Part shown: one piece after another, positions 49,294-57,442 of the stretch
Position numbering within the stretch: the first letter of the stretch is position 1
Layout: every line of letters starts with the position of its first letter
Source of the DNA: Parcubacteria group bacterium GW2011_GWA1_40_21
GTDB lineage: Bacteria; Patescibacteriota; Minisyncoccia; Phycocordibacterales; GWA1-40-21
Assembly (NCBI GenBank): GCA_000996205.1
Contig: LBYO01000005.1
Span: 1,728 to 65,727 of the forward strand
Reading direction: 5' to 3'
Length of the DNA: 64,000 nucleotides
Translations under genes and position numbers: made by a program
The notes under the pieces: generated by a model
Seen by the model: the letters and a program-made list of their open reading frames with translations, nothing else
Database searches by the model: none
What the model was told of the DNA's origin: nothing

Positions 49294-49366
49294 TCCGCCC
49301 AGCAGGATTCGAACCTGCGACCAATCGCTTAAGAGGCGACTGCTCTACCAACTGAGCTATAGGCGG
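49294..49366 (-). tRNA. tRNA-Lys(CTT)
   Basis: CCGCCTATAGCTCAGTTGGTAGAGCAGTCGCCT-CTT-AAGCGATTGGTCGCAGGTTCGAATCCTGCTGGGCGGA. Confidence 0.95.
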
Positions 49367-49605
49367 ATTTTTATAAAAATAGGACTTGCGCATTTGGATG
49401 CAGTTCGAGGCGCGAGCTCGGCTTGCGACCAAGCTGTATTATTATACTGCGCGGGAGCAAACGAGCGAAGCAACGAAGAAATGCGCCGAACGCACAAGTC
49501 CTACAAAAATCTAGCAAATTTAGGACATAGTGGCAAATTTAAAACCCCACCTTTAAAACCCCACCGCTTTGAGTTTGCGATGGGGCTTTGTTCTTAAAAT
49601 ACGAT

Positions 49606-49959
49606 TTAAAAATTTAAGATCTCCTTAATTTTTTGCACGAATTTGAATTTGTCTGTCTTGTAATCGCATCCAGCAGACATTAATATGTCATTGAAATCTT
49701 CCACATTAGAGATAGCGATCATTGGGCGATCAGTGAAAGAATTTCTCATTTTTCGCGCTAGTTCCATTGTATTCGGTTCGTTACCGGGAACACAAGCGTC
49801 AACCGCAACCGCGCTTAAATCAGGATTATCATTAAAAGCCCTTTCCGCTTCTTCTAGAGAAAAAGCCTGAATTATATTAATGGGGTATTTATTTAACAAC
49901 TCCTTCCATTCTTCTTGTCTATCTGCGCTATCTTCTATTATTAAGATCTTTTTCCTCAT
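49606..49959 (-). CDS. Single-domain response regulator receiver
   Basis: KILIIEDS, AVAVDACVPG, PMIAIS; SD AAGGAGAG. Confidence 0.8.
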   Translation of the reverse strand: MRKKILIIEDSADRQEEWKELLNKYPINIIQAFSLEEAERAFNDNPDLSAVAVDACVPGNEPNTMELARKMRNSFTDRPMIAISNVEDFNDILMSAGCDYKTDKFKFVQKIKEILNF

Positions 49960-49990
49960 AAAATCTCTCCTTCCGAATGAAAATTAAAGA

Positions 49991-50185
49991 TTAAACTTTT
50001 TTTTGAATTACCACATCTCCAGATTTTAATTTTTTGAATTGCAAGTTAAGTTTAATTTTTCCGTCTTGAGAAAGGGTGTTTCTGTTGTGTTGATGTTTAT
50101 CGAAATCCGGCTCATAAAATCCTTCAGATCCTCCTGTTTGGTCCAATAACCTTCCTACTTTTAATATTTTTTCGCAAATTAACAT
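49991..50185 (-). CDS. Small hypothetical protein
   Basis: SD GGGAGG before ATG 50185. Confidence 0.5.
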   Translation of the reverse strand: MLICEKILKVGRLLDQTGGSEGFYEPDFDKHQHNRNTLSQDGKIKLNLQFKKLKSGDVVIQKKV

Positions 50186-50300
50186 TTTAAGACCTCCCTT
50201 AGTAAATTTATATGGAAATGTAAAAAACAAATTTTCTATTTAATTTATAGCATAAAATAATTTCTTTGCATATCCAAAAAATAAAAAGCAGAAAATTAGA

Positions 50301-50436
50301 TGGTGCCTGAGGTGGGAATCGGTCACAACTCTTTTACTGGAGCAAAAGGTCGCGACCCCGCCTCGCGCCGTCGCGCTCCGGCCTTCGATTCCCACTGACC
50401 AAATAAAAAACCTCATCAGAAATGAGATCTTTTATT
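50301..50436 (-). repeat. One tRNA-Leu 3'-end-derived unit (136 bp)
   Basis: 50301-50321 identical to 50437-50457; inverted TTCGATTCCCAC at 50384-50395. Confidence 0.9.
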
Positions 50437-50523
50437 TGGTGCCTGAGGTGGGAATCGAACCCACACGAGCTTTCGCCCATAACATTTTAAGTGTTACGTG
50501 TATACCAGTTTCACCACTCAGGC
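50437..50523 (-). tRNA. tRNA-Leu(TAA)
   Basis: GCCTGAGTGGTGAAACTGGTATACACGTAACACT-TAA-AATGTTA, long variable arm, GGTTCGATTCCCACCTCAGGCACCA. Confidence 0.93.
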
Positions 50524-51012
50524 TTTGTTTTTTAACATATTTCTTCCCCTATGTGTCGGTTTTAAACTATGGCAATTCGGACATAATATTCTTAAATTTT
50601 CCAATCTATTATCATGCCTATCGCCGTTTATGTGATCAAGTTCTAATGGAAGATACCCTTCTTTGTTTCTTGTGGACCAACCGCATTCTTCACAAAATTG
50701 TTTTTTTAAATTTTCACTAAATAATCTTTTTTTGAGCTTAAAACTTTGATAAGAAGAATCTTTCTTAAGAATAAACTCTAGAGGAGTAATTGGTTTGCCT
50801 ATGCCCCTCAAGCCCTTGTTCCAAGCTTTTCCTTTGAAATGAGAAATATTAAATTTATATTCTTTAATATATTTTTTAATTTGCTCATAATTTCCACCCG
50901 CCGCTACTAATCCTATCTTTTTTAAGACTTGTCTATAACTGGTTGAATCTTTAACAGCGACTTTTAATTGAGATATTTCCCACGATCTTTTCCTTCTGTT
51001 AATTTTCATCAA
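50518..51012 (-). CDS. HNH endonuclease between tRNA genes
   Basis: CEECG..LELDHINGDRHDNRLENLRILCPNCHS; AWNKG motif. Confidence 0.9.
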   Translation of the reverse strand: MMKINRRKRSWEISQLKVAVKDSTSYRQVLKKIGLVAAGGNYEQIKKYIKEYKFNISHFKGKAWNKGLRGIGKPITPLEFILKKDSSYQSFKLKKRLFSENLKKQFCEECGWSTRNKEGYLPLELDHINGDRHDNRLENLRILCPNCHSLKPTHRGRNMLKNKA

Positions 51013-51078
51013 TAAATGATATCAAATGGTAAACGGAAATCAACTCATTATAGTAAAAGCGTATTCCATTTAGATTAG

Positions 51079-51150
51079 AGGCCGCGGTCGGAATTGAACC
51101 GGCGCATAGGAGTTTTGCAGACTCCTGCCTTACCACTTGGCTACGCGGCC
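51079..51150 (-). tRNA. tRNA-Cys(GCA)
   Basis: GGCCGCGTAGCCAAGTGGTAAGGCAGGAGTCT-GCA-AAACTCCTATGCGCCGGTTCAATTCCGACCGCGGCCT. Confidence 0.93.
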
Positions 51151-51183
51151 TTGAATTTTCAAAAAGCTGTATTCTTCTGGAAT

Positions 51184-51232
51184 CTGGATTCTCGCCGGAG
51201 TTTACCCTCGTGAAGACGGGGGCGGAAATGAC
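51184..51232. repeat. GTCATTCCCG-type repeat (reverse orientation)
   Basis: CTGGATTCTCGCC...GGGGGCGGAAATGAC. Confidence 0.6.
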
Positions 51233-51250
51233 AGAAAATTTCAGATCAAT

Positions 51251-51574
51251 TTAATTATTTTCTAGAATTGCGTCAATTTTCTGTCGGTGTTTCTCGCCGG
51301 CGTCTATTTCAAAATCAAAAAATGGAATTCTTCCGGCTCTGATGTTTTTCTTGGCGAAATCCCTGAATTCAGCCCTCTTGCGCTTGGCGAAATCCAAAGC
51401 GGCTTTTTCCTTATCACTCGGATAGACCGTAAAAAATATAGTAGCATATTTTCCGTCTTTTGAAATCCGCACATCTGTCACAGTCACCATTGATACTCTG
51501 TTTGATTCAATGTTCAGAAATTTAGCCGCAACTTCTCTGATCATATCTTTAAGTTTTACGTCTCTATTTTTCAT
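51251..51574 (-). CDS. rbfA: Ribosome-binding factor A
   Basis: VTVTDVRISKDGKYATIF, RIPFFDFEID; directly after infB. Confidence 0.88.
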   Translation of the reverse strand: MKNRDVKLKDMIREVAAKFLNIESNRVSMVTVTDVRISKDGKYATIFFTVYPSDKEKAALDFAKRKRAEFRDFAKKNIRAGRIPFFDFEIDAGEKHRQKIDAILENN

Positions 51575-51575
51575 C

Positions 51576-53090
51576 TCACTTTTCCACAATTTTATAAGAC
51601 TCAATCTTGTCTCCCGGCGCTATCTCAATCGTCGCTTGGATCTGGCAACCAAATTCCATTCCTTCTTTAATTTCCGACACTTTCTTTTTTTGATGCTGTA
51701 ATTCTTTTATTTTGCCTCTTCCAACTTCTTGCTCTCTTCTCAGGATTTTAGCATCCTCGCCCAAGGAAATTAGTCCGGACTCAACTTTTCCTCCGACCAC
51801 ATATTTGTCTTTCGCTTTACTGAAGACGCGAATTATTTTCGCCACTCCAGATGTCTCTTCGGTCTCAAACTTCGGCGTGCTTTCGCGGGCTTTCGTTTCA
51901 ATCCATTCCGACAATTTGTAGATGACATCAAAGACTTTTATCTCCACGCCAAGCCTCTCGGCATAGCTTCGGGCTTTGGAATCAATAGCGGTATCAAATC
52001 CTAAAATTACTGTGCCTTCTTTGGCGTTCGCGGTTTTAACATCGTTCTCGGAAATGCCACCGATGCCGGAATGCACGATTTTTATTTTCACTCTGTCATT
52101 TTTTATTTTTCCTATCTCATGTTCTATAGCTTCAATTGATCCCATCGTCTCGGCTTTTAAAATAATATAGATAGAGAAAATATTTTCGTTTTCTTTATCA
52201 TTCGGGACTTTTTTCTTTGCGGGAATATTTTCTCTAAAAGTGGCGAGATGGCTTTCGGCCTCTTTTTTTGTTTCAAATGATTTGAACATTAAACCAACAG
52301 CAGGCAAGTCGCTAAAACCGACCACTTTAATCGGGCTTGAAAAACTAGCTTCCTTTATCTTCTTTCCGGTGAAATCTTCAATCAGTCTGGTGGAAGCGAT
52401 GCTTCCGCCGCTAGCGACAAACATTCCCGTCTTTAGTGTCCCGTCTTTTATTATGAGGGTGCCGGAAATCCCTTGGTGGCTGTCCAGATTAGCTTCAATG
52501 ACTACTCCCTCCGCGTTTTTATTCGTGTCGCCTTTCAGTTCTCCTATTTCGGCGACCAGAAGCATCATATCCAAAAGTTCCGATACTCCTTCGCCTGTTT
52601 TGGCGGAAATCGGAACCCATGGCACCGCGCCTCCGTATCCTTCAATATAAATTTCATTTTCCGCCAAATTTTGTTTCGTCTTTTCAACATCGGCTCCGGG
52701 CTTGTCTATTTTGTTTATCGCCACTATGTAGGGAATACCGCTGTCCTTTATGCACTTGAGAGCTTCAATGGTTTGCTTTTTAACGCCGTCTTCGGCGGAC
52801 ACGACAAGGACGGCTATATCAGCGACATCAACTCCGCGCTCTCTAATCGCGCAAAAAGCTTCATGTCCGGGCGTATCCAAAAAGGTTATTTTGTTCTCTT
52901 TGCCGGCTTTGCTTTTGTGAACAACTTCGTAGGCGGAGATTCTTTGAGTTATCCCGCCAGCCTCCTTTTCGGCGACCGTCGTCTTTCTAATGTAGTCAAG
53001 CAGGGTAGATTTTCCATGGTCAATATGCCCCATTATGCAAATAACGGGAGGACGCTCTATGATATTCGGTTGTTTATTGTCCGTTTTCAT
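51576..53090 (-). CDS. infB: Translation initiation factor IF-2 (short, no N-domain)
   Basis: RPPVICIMGHIDHGKST, EAGGITQ, DTPGHEAF, NKID. Confidence 0.96.
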   Translation of the reverse strand: MKTDNKQPNIIERPPVICIMGHIDHGKSTLLDYIRKTTVAEKEAGGITQRISAYEVVHKSKAGKENKITFLDTPGHEAFCAIRERGVDVADIAVLVVSAEDGVKKQTIEALKCIKDSGIPYIVAINKIDKPGADVEKTKQNLAENEIYIEGYGGAVPWVPISAKTGEGVSELLDMMLLVAEIGELKGDTNKNAEGVVIEANLDSHQGISGTLIIKDGTLKTGMFVASGGSIASTRLIEDFTGKKIKEASFSSPIKVVGFSDLPAVGLMFKSFETKKEAESHLATFRENIPAKKKVPNDKENENIFSIYIILKAETMGSIEAIEHEIGKIKNDRVKIKIVHSGIGGISENDVKTANAKEGTVILGFDTAIDSKARSYAERLGVEIKVFDVIYKLSEWIETKARESTPKFETEETSGVAKIIRVFSKAKDKYVVGGKVESGLISLGEDAKILRREQEVGRGKIKELQHQKKKVSEIKEGMEFGCQIQATIEIAPGDKIESYKIVEK

Positions 53091-53186
53091 TTTTTAGCTT
53101 GTTAGGCAATAGGAAGATGTCGGAAGATTTTAGGTTTTTCAGAGAATTTTCCTACAACCTACCACCTTGCCTGCTATTCGCGCTTT

Positions 53187-53654
53187 TTACGCCTGCGCCG
53201 AGTCTTTAGCTTTGTTTAGAGATTCCTTTTCCTCTTTCGTCATCTCGTATTCCGACGACAATTTTTTTATCGGCTTGGCGAAGACGCTGACACGATCCCT
53301 TGAATACAGACTTGAGATTACAACACCGTCGCCTTCTTCGTTTACAAAAGCCGTGGAGAAACTTTGATCGCCTCCCGAACCGTCTCCTTTAAAAGGGTTG
53401 AAGCGGATCGTTTCCACCCCTGTGACGCTTTTCCTGATTCTCCTTTCCACGCTTTCAAGATATTTTTCCGAAGCGTCTCTGTATTTCGTAATCGCTGACA
53501 ATTCTTTCCTTATCTCGGAAATAGTACTGTCCAGCGATTGATTTTTCCCGCCAAGAAGTCGGCGCAATTTAATTTCAAACCTGATAAGCCACAGAATGGC
53601 TAACACAAGCAATGCAGATAAGGCGTATAAAATATATATTTCAGGGATCATCAT
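53187..53654 (-). CDS. DUF4446-like membrane protein
   Basis: N-terminal TM; RFNPF..GGDQSFS..GVVISSLYSRD..FAKPI..EEKE. Confidence 0.8.
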   Translation of the reverse strand: MMIPEIYILYALSALLVLAILWLIRFEIKLRRLLGGKNQSLDSTISEIRKELSAITKYRDASEKYLESVERRIRKSVTGVETIRFNPFKGDGSGGDQSFSTAFVNEEGDGVVISSLYSRDRVSVFAKPIKKLSSEYEMTKEEKESLNKAKDSAQA

Positions 53655-53960
53655 ATAACAAAGAATTCTACATTGTTTTTAGATATTACGCAATCGCAAT
53701 TAAGTTCATCAAGTCCTTAAAGTCATAAAGTCTATAAAGTTAGAGAAGAGAAAAGAAGTTGTCTTTTTTTCGACGAAGAAAAAGAAAAGGGGGGACGATA
53801 AATCCTGTTGCTTTTCGGTTTTATTTGTTATACTTTATTTGAATTTAATTCATTTCATTCCGGCGATGTCAAAATAAAAATACGGATGGTATATGTCGGA
53901 GTTTAATTTTGACAGAACTATGGATGAAAACACAGTTTATAAATTTAATAAATATTTTTT

Positions 53961-54119
53961 ATGAGATACGCATGGGTAAGTTTTGCAATTGTCGTCTTAT
54001 GGATATCGTCCACTATAATTATAGTGTCGGACAAATTAGTTAATCCAAATAATTTTTATATATTTATCGTGCTGACTACCGTGGTTGTTTCCTATATAGG
54101 TTTTAAGTCAGCCTCTTAA
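53961..54119 (+). CDS. Small 2-TM protein (52 aa), not in ORF track
   Basis: MRYAWVSFAIVVLWISSTIIIVSDKLVNPNNFYIFIVLTTVVVSYIGFKSAS; similar to 55722 ORF. Confidence 0.75.
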   Translation: MRYAWVSFAIVVLWISSTIIIVSDKLVNPNNFYIFIVLTTVVVSYIGFKSAS

Positions 54120-54145
54120 TTAGGTTAAATCATGCCTTTTTTAAA

Positions 54146-55705
54146 ATGACTCTATTTTTAGAAAGACTGTTTTATATTTTGAAGATAGCCATTAGGGCTT
54201 TGTCTAAGCCTGATTTAACTAAACCCCAACGTTTGAAATTGTTTTTTGAAGAGTCGGGAGGAGCTTTTATAAAACTTGGTCAAATATTGGCGCTGCGTCG
54301 AGACTTTCTGCCTGCGGAATATACCCTTGAGCTTCTTAAGCTGTTGAATGATATGCCTGCCGTGCCTTTTTCCGAAGTGAATAAAATTTTTACTGAAGAC
54401 ATCGGCGAGCCCGTAGAAAAGTTTTTCGCGTCATTTGACAGTGAGCCTATAGGCTCGGCTTCAGTGGCACAGGTCTATAAAGCCGTTCTTAAAAATGGCG
54501 AGGAAGTAGCGGTGAAGATCCTGCGTCCCGGCACTGAAAAAGTTTTCAAGGTTGATTTTTTAATCATATCTTTTTTCGCTTCGGCAATTGACTTGCTGAA
54601 TTTGACTTCTTTTCTGAGCGTTAGAGAAGTTGCAACTGATTTTATAAGATGGACAAAAAGAGAACTTGACTTCAGACATGAATCTAACAATGCCGTTGCC
54701 TTTTTAAAATATAGCAAAGGCGCGCCGGGAACGATAATACCTAAACAACACCAAGAATACACCTCGTCTAGAGTTTTGATTCAAGAGCTTATTTTAGGCG
54801 GGGTTTCAGTTTTGGATATAATTTTAGGCAAGTACAGCCGAGAACAGCTTATTGAAAAGAGAATTAATCCCGATAAGATGGCGCTGTATCTGATAAAAGA
54901 TGCTATGAGACAATATTTCATTGACGGATTTTTCCATGCCGACGCGCATCCGGCTAATTTGGCTTTTCTTCCGGGCGATGAAAATTCTCCTGAAGGAAAG
55001 ATTGCTTATTTTGATTTCGGCATAGTGGGGGAAGCAGAAAAAGAAAGCAGAATGACGCTCTTGAAATTTGTTTATGCTGTCTCGGCTAAAGACATTGAAC
55101 TAATAGCGAAATATTTGCTTGAATACGGTCGAAAAAATTTCAAAAAAGAGCTTCTTTATTCTTTTGAAGTTGAACCGGTAAAACAAAAAATCGTTAATGA
55201 TATTATTGGAATAATAGAGAAAGACATAGTTTCTCATTTTAAAACAGAGGTCCAAGAAATCATGGGGTCGTGGTTTGTCGACGAAAAAGACATCCAAGCA
55301 GATCTGAAAAAAAGATCTTCCGCTTTAGTTTTCATGAATTTAGTCAGAAAAGCTGAAAAATACGGAGTTCATTTTCCGTTGGATATAATTCTGTTTTTTA
55401 GGGGACTAGTCATTATTGACATGGTGGCTTTGCAAATATCTCCCCAGTTTGACATAATCAAAGCAATGGAATCTTTCTTTGAAAAGCATTCTATTGAAGA
55501 AATTGAAATAAAGGTAAGAAGTCAGGCCAATTGGAAAGAAATAGACAAAAAAATAATATCTCTCAACGATGACTGGGAATCGTCTGGAGAACGACTGATA
55601 ATGCAGAAAGAAAAGGTTGCAATAATGAGAGAGAGAATACTAGAAATAGTTTTTTATTACGCAGAGAGGCATCCTGAAATAAAGAATTTAATTAAACAAT
55701 TATAA
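54146..55705 (+). CDS. ABC1/UbiB/AarF atypical kinase
   Basis: FIKLGQIL, IGSASVAQVYKA, VAVKILRP, ELDF, FFHADAHPAN, DFG. Confidence 0.92.
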   Translation: MTLFLERLFYILKIAIRALSKPDLTKPQRLKLFFEESGGAFIKLGQILALRRDFLPAEYTLELLKLLNDMPAVPFSEVNKIFTEDIGEPVEKFFASFDSEPIGSASVAQVYKAVLKNGEEVAVKILRPGTEKVFKVDFLIISFFASAIDLLNLTSFLSVREVATDFIRWTKRELDFRHESNNAVAFLKYSKGAPGTIIPKQHQEYTSSRVLIQELILGGVSVLDIILGKYSREQLIEKRINPDKMALYLIKDAMRQYFIDGFFHADAHPANLAFLPGDENSPEGKIAYFDFGIVGEAEKESRMTLLKFVYAVSAKDIELIAKYLLEYGRKNFKKELLYSFEVEPVKQKIVNDIIGIIEKDIVSHFKTEVQEIMGSWFVDEKDIQADLKKRSSALVFMNLVRKAEKYGVHFPLDIILFFRGLVIIDMVALQISPQFDIIKAMESFFEKHSIEEIEIKVRSQANWKEIDKKIISLNDDWESSGERLIMQKEKVAIMRERILEIVFYYAERHPEIKNLIKQL

Positions 55706-55721
55706 TTTAACATATAAAAAT

Positions 55722-55886
55722 ATGAAATATCCTTGGGTGGGAATAACTTTGGGAACGATGTGGTTTGGTTCTGCTTATATAATAATAAGCAATTCAAAGA
55801 TTGATTCATCGACGGCTCTTTTTACGGCTATAATAGGCACAATTGTCGTAGCTTTTATCGGATTCCGCGCACCGAAGATAAAGTAA
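55722..55886 (+). CDS. Small 2-TM protein (54 aa), not in ORF track
   Basis: MKYPWVGITLGTMWFGSAYIIISNSKIDSSTALFTAIIGTIVVAFIGFRAPKIK; similar to 53961 ORF. Confidence 0.75.
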   Translation: MKYPWVGITLGTMWFGSAYIIISNSKIDSSTALFTAIIGTIVVAFIGFRAPKIK

Positions 55887-55997
55887 TCAAAAAAATTAAG
55901 TTAAAAAATGGGTCAAGTGTTTTCCCTTCTTTGATTTTTGACACAGAATGTCTAAAATAAATTGTCTTTTTGAGGACTTAACCGTTAGAATAATAAG

Positions 55998-57293
55998 ATG
56001 AGGAAAATTTACCCTAACACCTTGTCTGGGACGCCCCGTGTCCTTGGCTCAAAGTCGCTTCTTTCTCCCTTGCCCTTACGCAGAAAGCTTTTATCTAGAG
56101 GACAGGGTGTGAGGGTTTACTTAGACAATGCTTCAACGACGCCGATAAACAGGGAAGTCAAAAGGGTGATGGATAAATATATGACGGATGAATTTGGCAA
56201 TCCTAATTCAATTCATAAGATGGGTGTGGCGGCGAAAAATGCGGTTGATAACGCGCGCAAGAGCGTCGCCCTGTCTTTCAATTCTCATCCGGATGAAGTG
56301 ATTTTTAATTCCGGCGGGACGGAAGGAAACAATGCGGCGATTTTCGGCGTGTTCAATCATCTGAGAAAAAACGGCGTGAAGTATTCCGATATGCGCGCTA
56401 TTACCACCAACATTGAGCATAGCTCCGTCTTGGAATGTTTTAAGGAGCTTGAGAATAGAGGGGTGGCGGTTGATTACGCGCTGGTGGGTGAAAATGGAAT
56501 TGTTGACCCGATTACGATAAAAAAATTGCTCAAACCTGAAACCGTCTTAGTTTCAATAATGTATGCCAACAACGAAATCGGAACAATTCAACCGATAAAA
56601 GAAATCGCCAAAGCCATCCGAACTTTCAAAAAAAACCTATCACCCCGCCTCATCGGCGGGCAAGCTACAACCTTTCCCTTCTTTCACACCGATGCTTGCC
56701 AAGCTCCGCTTTTTCTAAATCTCAATGTTCAAGAGTTGGGAGTTGATTTTATGACGATTGATGGACAGAAAATTTACGGACCAAAAGGCGCCGGCGCGCT
56801 ATTCATAAAAAGAGGAGTGGAGATAGAGCCGATAATTTTCGGTGGCGGACAAGAAAAAGGATTAAGGTCGGGAACGGAAAATGTTCCGCTTATAGCGGGA
56901 TTAGCCAAAGCGATTGAAATCGCGAACAAGAACAGAATCAAGAACAGCGAACAAATTTCTAAAATTAGAGATTACGGCATAAAAAAGATAGAAGAAAAAA
57001 TTCCGCGGGCGGTATTGAACGGCGATAGGATTAAAAGATTGCCGAATAATATAAATACCTCTATTCCCGGAATTGATCCTGAATTCATGGTGCTTCAACT
57101 GGATGAAAAGGGAATCGTCTGTTCAACAAAAAGCGCCTGTCTAAAAGATGAATCCGCCTCTTATGTGATATCGGCGCTTGGAAAAGATGGAAAATATTCG
57201 CAATCATCGCTTAGATTTTCTCTTGGATTGGACACGGCGAAAAAAGATATGGACTATCTTGTGAAAATTCTAATTAAGTCCGTCAAGTTATAA
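55998..57293 (+). CDS. iscS: Cysteine desulfurase (IscS/NifS) with in-frame N-terminal insertion
   Basis: YLDNASTT, FGNPNS, SGGTE, NNEIGTIQP, HTDACQ, QKIYGPKG, RSGTEN, STKSAC. Confidence 0.92.
   Translation: MRKIYPNTLSGTPRVLGSKSLLSPLPLRRKLLSRGQGVRVYLDNASTTPINREVKRVMDKYMTDEFGNPNSIHKMGVAAKNAVDNARKSVALSFNSHPDEVIFNSGGTEGNNAAIFGVFNHLRKNGVKYSDMRAITTNIEHSSVLECFKELENRGVAVDYALVGENGIVDPITIKKLLKPETVLVSIMYANNEIGTIQPIKEIAKAIRTFKKNLSPRLIGGQATTFPFFHTDACQAPLFLNLNVQELGVDFMTIDGQKIYGPKGAGALFIKRGVEIEPIIFGGGQEKGLRSGTENVPLIAGLAKAIEIANKNRIKNSEQISKIRDYGIKKIEEKIPRAVLNGDRIKRLPNNINTSIPGIDPEFMVLQLDEKGIVCSTKSACLKDESASYVISALGKDGKYSQSSLRFSLGLDTAKKDMDYLVKILIKSVKL
56012..56115. mobile_element. 104-bp MITE-like insertion in iscS 5' end
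   Basis: TIR CCCTAACACCTTGTC/GACAGGGTGTGAGGG (13/15); flanked by TTTA(C) duplication. Confidence 0.8.
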
Positions 57294-57381
57294 AGTTTGC
57301 AAAGTTCATAAAATGAAGATGAGAAATAATTAAGAATAAGTTCGTTTTCAACTTTACAGACTTTATAACTTTCAACTTTAT
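57281..57381. repeat. AAAGTT/AACTTT inverted arrays
   Basis: AAGTTATAAAGTTTGCAAAGTTCATAAA ... AACTTTACAGACTTTATAACTTTCAACTTTA; relatives at 14476, 32898, 53701. Confidence 0.65.
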
Positions 57382-57442
57382 GACTGGCGCGCTACGCGCC
57401 TCGCTTGCCTTGTCTGTCGATTTGATTTATTATTTAGCAAAT

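Noticed and set aside
49181-49597. ORFs 49181-49432 and 49394-49597
   Set aside because: Overlap tRNA-Lys and its repeats or upstream palindromic DNA; no protein-like features.
50301-50457. attL/attR of a prophage or integrative island
   Set aside because: Direct repeats are only 136 bp apart with no integrase, and the inverted copy is not explained by simple integration.
50436-50720. 94-aa ORF MVPEVGIEPT
   Set aside because: Antisense translation of tRNA-Leu and the HNH gene.
27656-53090. Short AlaRS, L13 and IF2 as pseudogenes
   Set aside because: Core motifs intact with clean starts and stops; such shortening is expected in reduced CPR genomes.
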